Source of the DNA: a bacterium | GTDB taxonomy: Bacteria; Patescibacteriota; Microgenomatia; UBA8517 | Direction: 5' to 3' | DNA: 64,000 bases | Assembly: GCA_021790215.1 (NCBI GenBank) | Contig: JAJYIG010000001.1 | Coordinates: 194 to 64,193, forward strand | Shown: one piece after another, positions 19,654-28,263 of the stretch | Layout of the letters: each line of letters begins with the position of its first letter | Position numbering within the stretch: the first letter of the stretch is position 1 | Translations under genes and position numbers: made by a program | The notes under the pieces: generated by a model | What the model was told of the DNA's origin: nothing | What the model saw: only the letters and a program-made list of their open reading frames with translations | Databases searched by the model: none

Positions 19654-21647
19654 TTTAGTTTTTCCTCCATCTTTCTCTCAGCCTCTGCAAGCTGTTCAGG
19701 GGTATTGATTCCCTGCCACTCAATTGAATTAGGAAGTGTATAGGCAACAGTCCTTTCTCCCTGATCAATCGCCATTTTGATAAGCTCGACTATGTAATAT
19801 TCTCCGGAAACAGGGCTTTTTTCAACTTTTGGCAGATTTTTCTCCAGCCACTTTTTATCAAATACATAAAGTCCATCATTTATTTCCTTAATCTTTCGCT
19901 CTTTATCCGTCGCATCTTTTTCTTCAATAATACCTTTCAGATTTCCTCTTCCATCACGTACGATTCTTCCAAGTCCGTGGGGGTCATCCTTAATTAGAGT
20001 GACAAAACTTAAGATAGCTTTTTTCTCCTTATGGTTTTCCAAAACTTTATTTATTGTCTCTGGAGAATAAAACGCAGTATCGTCTCCATATAAAACCATT
20101 ACGTATTTTGTTTCATCCGAAACACGCTGAAGTCCGGAGGAAGCAGCGTCTGCGGTTCCTCCTTTGGGATTACCCTGAACTGCAATCTTAACCGCGCCAT
20201 CTATTTGCCTTATAACCAGATTTTTCTTAAATGAAACCACAACAATAATTTCTCCAACACCGGCATTTCTTAAATGCTGAAGTGAATAAGTGATCATGGG
20301 TCTTCCGCAAATTTTGTGAAGGACTTTGGGAAGGCCTGAGTTCATCCTGGTCCCTTTTCCGGCCGCAAGGAGGATCGCAGAAACATCTTTTTTCCTTTCA
20401 ATGTAGTTTTTTACGGACTCAAAATCGCTCCAAGGATGTTCATATCCATCGTAGGCCATACTTTTCTCATGTCCTTTTCCGGCGAAAACTACAGTGTCTC
20501 CTTTTTTAGCAATTGAGAGAGCATAGGGAATTGCCTCCCCTCTTTCGGGAATCGCGACATAATTTTTGGCGTCCTTCTTCATCGATCGCAAAATATCAAA
20601 AATATTTTCACTTCTCGGATCCTCAGCCGTAAAGACACTCATATCGGCCAATTCTCCGGATATTTTGCCCATCTTTCGGCGTTTTTTATGATCCCTTTCT
20701 CCTGCGCAACCAAAAACTGAGATTAACTTTCCGGACGTAACTGATCTCAAATATTTTAGAAGTGCCTCAAGTGATTCTGGGGTATGTGCAAAATCAATAA
20801 AAACCTTAATGCCCAAATTATTTTTAATTTCCATAAGTCGTCCTTCGGGAAGCTTAAAGGTTTTTAAGGTCATAAGAGCTTGGCTCCTCTCAAAACCAAG
20901 TTTTTCAACTGCCATTAAAGCTGCCTCCACATCCAAATTGTTAAAATCCCCCGGAAGAATTTTCAAGTTTGTAAACTCCGGAGCAATAACCTTCAACCTG
21001 GCCGAATTCAAAAATGACATTTTAACCTTCTTATATTCCTTAAAGGTTTTGTGATAATCCAAATGCTCAGGCGCAATATTGGTCAAAACTCCTACTTCAA
21101 ATCTAACCCCGGCAATTCTTTTTTGATCAATTCCATGCGAACTAACCTCGACCACAGCATATTCACATCCCGCCTTTACCATTTCCGCTAAAAATTTATG
21201 AAGAGAGAGTGTGTCAGGACTTGTTACATGGAAACCTGTATCAATCTCTTTATCCCCTATCTTGGCAATTATTGAAGAAACCAGGCCAGTTTTCTTACCT
21301 AACGAGGTTAAAATATGATAGATCAGGTGAGATGTGGTAGTTTTACCTTTCGTGCCTGTTACTCCTATTACTGTAAGATGCTCGGAAGGGTTGCCATAAA
21401 ATTCTGAAGCGATCTCCCCAAGGGCCTCCCTTGAATCCGGCACTTTTATGTATATGGCATCTTTCAGCTTCAAATTTCGCTCTCCAACTACTGCAATCGC
21501 TCCCCTTTTTACAGCCTCAGAAATAAAATCGTGGCCGTCAGAATTCATGCCTTTTATAGCTACAAAGATAAAGCCTTTTCTTACATTTCTTGAGTCATCG
21601 GCAACCCCCTTTGCGCCTTTGACCAAATCCTCCAAATCTTTTATCAT
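19650..21647 (-). CDS. murE: MurE (UDP-MurNAc-dipeptide:diamino-acid ligase) fused to a GlmU-type sugar-1-phosphate uridylyltransferase domain
   Basis: 665 aa. Residues 1-~415 are MurE (ADDSRNVRKGFIFVAIKG, VIGVTGTKGKTTTSHL, GKGHE). Residues ~416-665 are ILLAAGKGTRMNSGLPKVLH, LYGDD and EEKDATDKERKIKEINDG, which closely match the GlmU N-terminal uridyltransferase signatures (LAAGKGTRM, YGDVPL, KDATxEQRxIxEIN). No LbH acetyltransferase domain follows. Confidence 0.8.
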   Translation of the reverse strand: MIKDLEDLVKGAKGVADDSRNVRKGFIFVAIKGMNSDGHDFISEAVKRGAIAVVGERNLKLKDAIYIKVPDSREALGEIASEFYGNPSEHLTVIGVTGTKGKTTTSHLIYHILTSLGKKTGLVSSIIAKIGDKEIDTGFHVTSPDTLSLHKFLAEMVKAGCEYAVVEVSSHGIDQKRIAGVRFEVGVLTNIAPEHLDYHKTFKEYKKVKMSFLNSARLKVIAPEFTNLKILPGDFNNLDVEAALMAVEKLGFERSQALMTLKTFKLPEGRLMEIKNNLGIKVFIDFAHTPESLEALLKYLRSVTSGKLISVFGCAGERDHKKRRKMGKISGELADMSVFTAEDPRSENIFDILRSMKKDAKNYVAIPERGEAIPYALSIAKKGDTVVFAGKGHEKSMAYDGYEHPWSDFESVKNYIERKKDVSAILLAAGKGTRMNSGLPKVLHKICGRPMITYSLQHLRNAGVGEIIVVVSFKKNLVIRQIDGAVKIAVQGNPKGGTADAASSGLQRVSDETKYVMVLYGDDTAFYSPETINKVLENHKEKKAILSFVTLIKDDPHGLGRIVRDGRGNLKGIIEEKDATDKERKIKEINDGLYVFDKKWLEKNLPKVEKSPVSGEYYIVELIKMAIDQGERTVAYTLPNSIEWQGINTPEQLAEAERKMEEKLK

Positions 21648-21675
21648 TCGTGAATATTATATATCAACTGCTTCG

Positions 21676-22704
21676 CTAGGCAGAACCCGATTCCAAGATG
21701 GCCTTTGCAAGCCTTTCGGAATTATGGCGTAAAAGATGATCCTTCTTTAGGTATTCCCCAAGCTTAGCCTTAACAACCTTCACATTTGGTGCAAGCTTTC
21801 TGCAGAGTTCTTCGTCAAGCTCAACCACTTCCTGACCTTCCTTTTTATAAAGATTCACTATTTCTTTATCCAATCTTGCATTACTTACTACCAAAAAGTT
21901 TAAGCGTTTTTTATTGCCTAAATAAAAAAGTAATGCCTTAAGGTAATCCGATGCTTTGAAAGAATCAGTTTCACCTGGCTTAGTAGTCAAATTTAAGACG
22001 AAGTAAACTTTTGCACGGGAACGGCAGATGGCCTCCGCAACTCCGTCAATCAAAAGGTGCGGCAAAACACTTGTAAAAAGATCTCCTGGAGCAAAGACAA
22101 TTTTATCAGCCTGGCTTATGGCAGTGAGCACTTTGGGATTATTGTCGGCGTGAGTTCCAAAATAAATCCTCACAATTCTATCTTTTGGATCAAAATCCTT
22201 TCTTTCACTTCTTTTATCGATATTTGTTTCACCATCCACCTCAACTCCACGCTCAGTATGGCAACCAAGAGTTAAATCGGTAAGACTTGCGGGAAGGACC
22301 TGGCCGCGAATACGGAATAAGGCTCTTTCGGCGTCGGTTCCTCTATCCTGTCCATGAAATATACGATCAAGCCTGACACCAATTAAATTACCAAGGGAAT
22401 GTCCTTTTAGTGGGCCAACCACTTCTTTTAGTCTATCGTCAAAAAGTCTCTGGGCAACTCTTTGCTGTTCATCGTCTTCCATTAAAGCCAAAAGACAGGC
22501 TCTAATGTCCCCCGGAGGCAAAACTCCGAGTTCAGTACGTAAAATACCGGAAGAACCTCCACTGTCCCATGTCCCAACTACTGCAGTTATCAAAGATGGG
22601 TCGTTAAACTTTTTTAAACCGGTGAGAAGTTGAAAATGGCCGGTCTTACCGCCAAAAGTCACTATCTTTTGTCTGAATTTACTTTTGGCCGTTTGAGCTA
22701 TCAT
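21676..22704 (-). CDS. YvcK/UPF0052 (CofD-like, gluconeogenesis-factor/GlmR family) protein
   Basis: IVTFGGKTGHFQLLTGLK ... VVGTWDSGGSSGILR ... LPPGDIRACLLAL matches the YvcK/CofD family core (GGGTG, DDGGSSG, PPGDxRN). Confidence 0.75.
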   Translation of the reverse strand: MIAQTAKSKFRQKIVTFGGKTGHFQLLTGLKKFNDPSLITAVVGTWDSGGSSGILRTELGVLPPGDIRACLLALMEDDEQQRVAQRLFDDRLKEVVGPLKGHSLGNLIGVRLDRIFHGQDRGTDAERALFRIRGQVLPASLTDLTLGCHTERGVEVDGETNIDKRSERKDFDPKDRIVRIYFGTHADNNPKVLTAISQADKIVFAPGDLFTSVLPHLLIDGVAEAICRSRAKVYFVLNLTTKPGETDSFKASDYLKALLFYLGNKKRLNFLVVSNARLDKEIVNLYKKEGQEVVELDEELCRKLAPNVKVVKAKLGEYLKKDHLLRHNSERLAKAILESGSA

Positions 22705-23950
22705 ACTTTTCGATCTCGGCCCCTAATTCACGAAGCCTTTCATCGATCTTTTCATATCCACGATTGACTACTTCCACATTCTCAATTTCACTTTTTCCCT
22801 CTGCAACAAGAGCCGCCAATATAACTGATATGCCCGCTCTTATATCCTTACAAAAAAGTCTATCACTCATAAGATGCGTCGGGCCGCTAACTATAACCCT
22901 ATGGGGATCAGCAATAAAAATGTTAGCCCCCATCGAAATAAGATCGTCAACAAAAAACATTCTCCATTCATACATCCAGTCGTGACAAAGTACGGTTCCT
23001 TGAGTTTGAGTAGCAAGAACTATAAAGGGACTCATCAAGTCTGTGGGAAAACCCGGCCAGGGACGTGTCTGAAACTTTCTCCTCTTTGCAACAAGTTTTG
23101 AAGGCATTACGGTAACAGAATGATCCGTAGCCTTAAACTCGACCCCCATATAAGAAAGGTAATTCATAACCATCGGATATTTATCAATTTCAAACCCTTC
23201 GATTTCAACCTCACCTCCGGTGATAGCTGCCGCAATTGCAAAGGTTCCCCCCTCAATGTGGTCCGGGCAGATCCTATGCTCAGCTCCATTCATAGGCCCT
23301 CCTTCTATATTTAAAACATTCGAACCTATTCCGGAAATCTTTGACCCCATTTTATTCAAAAACATTGCCAAGTCAGTTACATGCGGTTCTGTTGCAGCAT
23401 CCTCTATTTTCATTCCTCCCGGAAGACTTGATGCCATCATAAGTCCCATTTCTGTGGCAGTTACCGAAGGTTCATCCAAAAAAATATCTGATGATTTCCG
23501 ATGTTTCCAGTCTAAAAAGAACCGTCCGTCTTTCCTGGCAATTTCCACCCCCATTTTTTGCATCATTGCAAAATGAGTATCAAGGAGCCTTTCTCCGATT
23601 TGATCACCTCCCGGAGGTGTGACAATGGTTTTTCCGAACCTGGCAAGAAGCGGCGCGGCTAGAACTACAGAAGCTCTAAATCTGGAAGAAAGATCAGGAT
23701 CAAGATCATAAGACGATAAACCGGATGGATCAATCGTCACCGTATGATCCTCGCGTTTCACTTTAACCCCAAGCCTTTCAATAAGCTCCAGCATAACAGA
23801 AATATCAGAAATGTCGGGAACGTTTGTGAAAGTAGATGGAGAATCAGCCAAAAGAGCAGCTGGAATAAGCTTCAAGGCCGAATTTTTGTTGCCGAAAAGC
23901 CTGATTTTTCCGTTTAAAGGCTTTCCTCCTGTCACAATAAACTTGGACAT
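22679..23950 (-). CDS. murA: MurA, UDP-GlcNAc 1-carboxyvinyltransferase
   Basis: 423 aa. N-terminal KFIVTGGKPLNGKIRLFGNKNSALKLIPAALLA, the EPSP-synthase-like fold, and its cluster position. Confidence 0.88.
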   Translation of the reverse strand: MSKFIVTGGKPLNGKIRLFGNKNSALKLIPAALLADSPSTFTNVPDISDISVMLELIERLGVKVKREDHTVTIDPSGLSSYDLDPDLSSRFRASVVLAAPLLARFGKTIVTPPGGDQIGERLLDTHFAMMQKMGVEIARKDGRFFLDWKHRKSSDIFLDEPSVTATEMGLMMASSLPGGMKIEDAATEPHVTDLAMFLNKMGSKISGIGSNVLNIEGGPMNGAEHRICPDHIEGGTFAIAAAITGGEVEIEGFEIDKYPMVMNYLSYMGVEFKATDHSVTVMPSKLVAKRRKFQTRPWPGFPTDLMSPFIVLATQTQGTVLCHDWMYEWRMFFVDDLISMGANIFIADPHRVIVSGPTHLMSDRLFCKDIRAGISVILAALVAEGKSEIENVEVVNRGYEKIDERLRELGAEIEKYDSSNGQK

Positions 23951-23997
23951 GTAACTAGTATTTTACTACAACACCTACAAAATCAATAATCAAGGCT

Positions 23998-25713
23998 TTA
24001 ACTTGATGGCTGAACTCCCAGATAAGGAAATAAGTCTCTAGCGATTGAAAACCACAACGGCGCCGCCGTCTCGGATGCCCAAGGAGACGCCTGAGGAGAA
24101 TCAAGAGTGACAAGCATTACAAACTTTGGATGGTCAGCGGGCGCAAACCCTATAAACGAATGGTTTGTGTTAACTGGATCGTAATGCCCGGCAACAGGAA
24201 TTTGTGCCGTACCGGTTTTCCCGGCTACATTATCAAAACCAGAAATCTTGCACCACTTGGCCTCACCTAAATTTGCTGCCTGAACCATCATTTGAGCAGC
24301 CTCCTGAGCAGCTTTTTCGCTAATAATTCTCACGGGTGGGTCAGTATTTACAGGTTGCTGCCATCCGTCTCCCCGGATTGAATCAACAACGCGCGGAGTC
24401 ACTAAATAGCCTCCATTTGCAATCACTGAAATTGCTCTCACCATTTCTATTCCTGTAACAGCTACCCCCTGTCCGAAACTCGCAGTATCAAGGTCGACAT
24501 TACTCCAACTCCCCTTCTTCCTTAATGGCGGTGCAGCCTCTCCCTGCAAATCTATACCCGTTGTTTTTCCAATCCCAAAACTATTAAGATAGTTATAAAG
24601 CTTATCTGCCCCCAGCTTTTGTCCGACAAAACTCATTCCAACATTATCAGAGTTTATAATAACTTCTGTCATTGTTGAGTTTGATCTGTATTTATTATCC
24701 CAAGTCCTTATCTGAAAGCCATCAACATTAATTGGACCGGAGCAGATATCGCACTCTGTGTCGGGAGTTACGAGTCCTGCATCAATGGCCGAAGCCATAA
24801 CAATTGGTTTAAATATCGATCCTGGTTCAAAAGAGTCCGATATCACGGTATTTTTAAACACCTCGTTGCTGTATTGAGAATAGTTGCTTGGGTCAAAACT
24901 TGGTAAACTCGCCATTGCCATAATTTTACCTGTATACGGATCCATTATTGTTACACTTCCACCCTTTGCCTGATATTTTTGAATTCCATTTGCAAGTTCC
25001 GTTTCAGCCAAAATTTGAATCCTTTTGTCGACATTTGTCAGAAGATCCACACCCGGAACTGCTGACACCTCCATTGTTCCACCCGAAAGAATAGGCGCAC
25101 CTAAAGCATTCTTCTCCCCACCCATAAATCCAGGTTTACCGCTTAACGGAAGGTCGTAATATCCCTCAAGCCCAAAATATCCCACATCATGGCCACTTGA
25201 ATCTTTACCCACAAAACCCAGGATATGTGCAGCAGAAGACGCCTCAGGATAATACGAATCCTCCTCCGGATCAAAACCTATCCCCCGGATTCCCAAAGCA
25301 TCAATATTCCTTTTGGTAGGATCATCCATCTTACCACCCAAAGAAACCCAACTTAGATTACTTTTGGAAAGAATTCCCTGCAATTTATCGACCTCGTCCA
25401 TTAGCTCCACCTTATCGGTCGGGTCTTTAACAAAAAAGGGTGCCAGCCTGTTTGCAACGGCCTGGACGGAATCAGTCAACATCTTAGGATTTGCCCACGG
25501 AAGCCAGCCTTGAGTTCTTACAACCCAATATGTTCCGTCGGAGGCGAGAATATTTCCTCTTGGAGCGCTAGTTACTTTAGAAGAACTATATTGTGCCTGG
25601 GCATCTTGAGAGAGGACAGAACCTTTTATAATTTGCCAGTAAAAAAGTCTGACGATAACGGCAGCAAAAAGAATTAAAAAAAAGATAGAGAGTAATCGAA
25701 TTTTTACACCCAT
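23998..25713 (-). CDS. ftsI: Class B penicillin-binding protein (FtsI-type transpeptidase)
   Basis: N-terminal TM. SxxK (PGSIFKP), SxN (INSDNVG) and KTG (AGKTGTA) transpeptidase motifs. Sits at the dcw position of ftsI. Confidence 0.9.
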   Translation of the reverse strand: MGVKIRLLSIFFLILFAAVIVRLFYWQIIKGSVLSQDAQAQYSSSKVTSAPRGNILASDGTYWVVRTQGWLPWANPKMLTDSVQAVANRLAPFFVKDPTDKVELMDEVDKLQGILSKSNLSWVSLGGKMDDPTKRNIDALGIRGIGFDPEEDSYYPEASSAAHILGFVGKDSSGHDVGYFGLEGYYDLPLSGKPGFMGGEKNALGAPILSGGTMEVSAVPGVDLLTNVDKRIQILAETELANGIQKYQAKGGSVTIMDPYTGKIMAMASLPSFDPSNYSQYSNEVFKNTVISDSFEPGSIFKPIVMASAIDAGLVTPDTECDICSGPINVDGFQIRTWDNKYRSNSTMTEVIINSDNVGMSFVGQKLGADKLYNYLNSFGIGKTTGIDLQGEAAPPLRKKGSWSNVDLDTASFGQGVAVTGIEMVRAISVIANGGYLVTPRVVDSIRGDGWQQPVNTDPPVRIISEKAAQEAAQMMVQAANLGEAKWCKISGFDNVAGKTGTAQIPVAGHYDPVNTNHSFIGFAPADHPKFVMLVTLDSPQASPWASETAAPLWFSIARDLFPYLGVQPSS

Positions 25714-25722
25714 TTTTCCTTG

Positions 25723-26019
25723 CTATGGAAGTTTAGCAACAGCTTCGCCGGCTGAGGTATAAACCAAAGCCGTCGGCTTAACATATCCCATTGCCACACT
25801 TTCCTCCTGAAGTTGACTGACAGAAAGAGATTTAACCAAAGAATCCTGCAAGTACCCTTTCTGATCTAGAAGCTGTACTTCTTCTTTTTGTAAAGCCGCA
25901 AACTCAACTCCTGAAGTTGCTGTTTCAATTGTAACAAAAACCGATGAGACAACCATAACCGCTAAAGTTATCACTAAAATAACTCCTCTCGGACTTTTTA
26001 AATCAATTATTTTTTTCAT
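25723..26019 (-). CDS. FtsL-like small bitopic division protein
   Basis: 98 aa. Single TM (GVILVITLAVMVVSSVFVTI), then a short extracytoplasmic coiled segment. Lies between rsmH and ftsI as ftsL does in canonical dcw clusters. Confidence 0.5.
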   Translation of the reverse strand: MKKIIDLKSPRGVILVITLAVMVVSSVFVTIETATSGVEFAALQKEEVQLLDQKGYLQDSLVKSLSVSQLQEESVAMGYVKPTALVYTSAGEAVAKLP

Positions 26020-26032
26020 ATTTTGGATAATC

Positions 26033-27052
26033 TTATTTCTTCTCTAAAATTCTCATCTTTGCGCTTCTCGCCCTGGGATTTCCTTCAAGTTCATCCGCGC
26101 TTGCTATATCAAATCCTGAGACACCTTTTCCTGTCATAAAATCTTTAACAATTTTGTCCTCCCCGGAATGAAAACTGATAACAACCAGTCTTCCTCCTAC
26201 CTCAAGCAAGTTATAAGCTTTTGGTAAAACCTCCTTTAAATTTTCAAGCTCGCTATTGACAGCTATCCTTAAAGCCAAAAATGGTAATGTTGCTTCGTTC
26301 AACCCGTGTTTGCCGGTTCTTAATCCGTCACAAATCTCAAGCATGTCATTGACCTTCAATATAGGACTTCTTTTCCTAAACTCCGTAACCTTTTTAGAAA
26401 TCCACTTGGCCGGACCAGGTTCAATAGTTACTTCAAAAAGATTCCTAAGTTGATCCTCTCTAAGAATATTTAAAAGGTCAGATGCTTTTACCCCCTGGGC
26501 CTCAGGATTAATCCGCATGTCCAATGGCGCTTCCCGGTTGGCAAAAGAAAACCCTCTCTCCAAATCTTTGAGGTGAAGATTACTCACCCCAAGGTCAAGT
26601 AAAATCCCCGAAACTTTCTCAAAACCGTTTTCCTTTGCAATCCTGTCTATGTCGGTAAAATTCCCATTAACCAGACTGTATTTATCTCTATCTAGGATCT
26701 CTTTCCCGATTCTCTTACGAGACATCTCAACCATTTTAGGATCGAGATCAATTCCCAAAACCTCTCCCCCAAGTTTCAAAATCTCCAGGGTGTGTCCCCC
26801 TGTTCCGAGAGTAGCGTCAATATATTTGCAAGCTTTTTTAAGGTGCTTTGACCTGCTACAGATGTGCAAGGCACTTATTACCTGATCAACCATTACCGAT
26901 TCATGGTATTTACCAGGGCCTTGGCTGGCCAAGCTTTGCTTATTTTCCATCTCTTTTTGCCAATCTTTCGATATAACTCGCTGCCTCTTTTGCAACCTCA
27001 GCTTCCTTCTTTTCCCAAAGCTCTTTGTTCCAAATCTCAATCCTATCCCCAA
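26033..27052 (-). CDS. rsmH: 16S rRNA m4C1402 methyltransferase RsmH (MraW)
   Basis: DATLGTGGHTLEIL SAM motif. Probable true start is Met35 (MENKQSL...) at 26950, leaving a 10-nt overlap with mraZ. Confidence 0.88.
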   Translation of the reverse strand: MGIGLRFGTKSFGKRRKLRLQKRQRVISKDWQKEMENKQSLASQGPGKYHESVMVDQVISALHICSRSKHLKKACKYIDATLGTGGHTLEILKLGGEVLGIDLDPKMVEMSRKRIGKEILDRDKYSLVNGNFTDIDRIAKENGFEKVSGILLDLGVSNLHLKDLERGFSFANREAPLDMRINPEAQGVKASDLLNILREDQLRNLFEVTIEPGPAKWISKKVTEFRKRSPILKVNDMLEICDGLRTGKHGLNEATLPFLALRIAVNSELENLKEVLPKAYNLLEVGGRLVVISFHSGEDKIVKDFMTGKGVSGFDIASADELEGNPRARSAKMRILEKK

Positions 27053-27377
27053 CCCCTAAGAAGTAAACCTGCTCACCAAGACCGGCGTATACCACTAATC
27101 TGTCAGGTAAAACTATTCTCCCCTGGTCATCAATATCAACCTCGTAGGCTGAAGCAAAAATAAAATGTTCAGTCTCTCTAATCGGTTCGATGATCATCCT
27201 CTCTCCTCCTGTCAATCTATCTAAAAGTGCACTCCAAGAATCATTACCCACCAAAACCAAACAGTTCTCGTACCATTTGGCTAAAATTGCCGATTGTCCT
27301 ATCTTTTGGCGGAATACTGAAGGGATCGATGTTCGCTTTCCCGAAGTTACACTGACAAGATATGTACCTACAAACAT
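26940..27377 (-). CDS. mraZ: Transcriptional regulator MraZ
   Basis: 145 aa, first gene of the dcw cluster, two MraZ/SpoVT-AbrB-like half domains (MFVGTYLVSVTSGKRTSIPSVFRQKIG ... GRIVLPDRL). Confidence 0.8.
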   Translation of the reverse strand: MFVGTYLVSVTSGKRTSIPSVFRQKIGQSAILAKWYENCLVLVGNDSWSALLDRLTGGERMIIEPIRETEHFIFASAYEVDIDDQGRIVLPDRLVVYAGLGEQVYFLGVGDRIEIWNKELWEKKEAEVAKEAASYIERLAKRDGK

Positions 27378-27398
27378 TTCTTTTCATCTAGGCAGATG

Positions 27399-27434
27399 GG
27401 TGAGAAAATACCATTTCTCACCATTATCAACCAT
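27399..27434 (-). promoter_or_regulatory. Candidate MraZ operator: three direct repeats (WWATGGT on the coding strand) at exact 10-bp spacing, plus a 9-bp inverted repeat GGTGAGAAA-N6-TTTCTCACC
   Basis: ACCAT on the plus strand at 27410, 27420 and 27430. The inverted repeat spans 27399-27422. The site is 22-57 nt upstream of the mraZ ATG. Confidence 0.45.
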
Positions 27435-27461
27435 AATGATATTATTTTCACAAAATGTCAA
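27433..27461 (-). promoter_or_regulatory. Candidate dcw promoter (-35 TTGACA, 17-nt spacer, -10 CATTAT on the minus strand)
   Basis: Reverse complement of 27456-27461 is a perfect TTGACA; the best -10 at 17-nt spacing is CATTAT (27433-27438). Confidence 0.35.
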
Positions 27462-27513
27462 CCCCTATATTTCACGAAAAAGCGGATTCGGACTTATCTT
27501 TAAAAAATGAGAC

Positions 27514-28188
27514 TCATTGCGAAGTTACACTTCCAGCATGAGGTTTACCATCGGAAGCAAAAATAGAATAGCCATTAGAGGTAATTACTGTAGTAGAAGC
27601 GTCAGGCGCAGCAAAACTCTGCATAGTTACAAAGTAAACATTTTTGGCAAGCTTGTCCAAATTATATTTAAACTTTCCGTCGGCAGATGAAAGTGATGTC
27701 GTATTTGATTGTAAAGTAAATTCAGATGTAAGTTTACCTATAAGTTTGCCACCGGAATCTCGGAAAGTAATAGTAATCGTTCCCTGATTCACACCGTCGT
27801 CAAATCGATAATTCCCGGAAGATTCTGATCCCAAAAGAAGTACTCGATCGATATCCCCACTCGTAAGATGAACTGTTCCCGGAACACCCTGCTGACCGCC
27901 ATCAGTAGTATTATAAACAAGTTCGTAATCCATACTGGCAGCACCAGGAATGTTTATCTTTTGCACCTTAAGGTCCAGTAGATGTCCCAAAGAATTGGGA
28001 ATTTTAGGGTCCGTTGTAGGAATTAACGAGACTACCGGCCACTCACTCTGGGGAAGGACAGGAGCATTAGCAATCTGGTCGGTTGGTGTTGAAGATGGAG
28101 TTTTTGAGCCAGATGTAATAAGAAGTGCTGCAACAACAACTATCAAGACTCCAACCCCGGCAATTATAAATGGTAGGAACTTTTTCAT
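27514..28188 (-). CDS. Hypothetical exported/membrane-anchored protein (N-terminal TM or signal anchor, Ser/Thr-rich linker)
   Basis: 224 aa: MKKFLPFIIAGVGVLIVVVAALLITSGSKTPSSTPT..., no recognisable catalytic motif. Confidence 0.5.
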   Translation of the reverse strand: MKKFLPFIIAGVGVLIVVVAALLITSGSKTPSSTPTDQIANAPVLPQSEWPVVSLIPTTDPKIPNSLGHLLDLKVQKINIPGAASMDYELVYNTTDGGQQGVPGTVHLTSGDIDRVLLLGSESSGNYRFDDGVNQGTITITFRDSGGKLIGKLTSEFTLQSNTTSLSSADGKFKYNLDKLAKNVYFVTMQSFAAPDASTTVITSNGYSIFASDGKPHAGSVTSQ

Positions 28189-28263
28189 AACACTTTAGTG
28201 ATATGTGAAATTCATCTTTGGAGATTCTTCGAATCGCTAAATCTCTACTGACAGAATTTCATA

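Noticed and set aside
17878-19743. Plus-strand ORFs (17878..18318, 18437..18709, 18751..19117, 19162..19488, 19504..19743) antisense to murC-murB
   Set aside because: Antisense shadow ORFs of an AT-rich gene with no domain signal. Open antisense frames are expected at this GC content.
28205-28240. Inverted repeat GAGATT-N13-AATCTC downstream of glyQS
   Set aside because: A 6-bp stem with no following U-run on the transcribed strand, so too weak to call a terminator.
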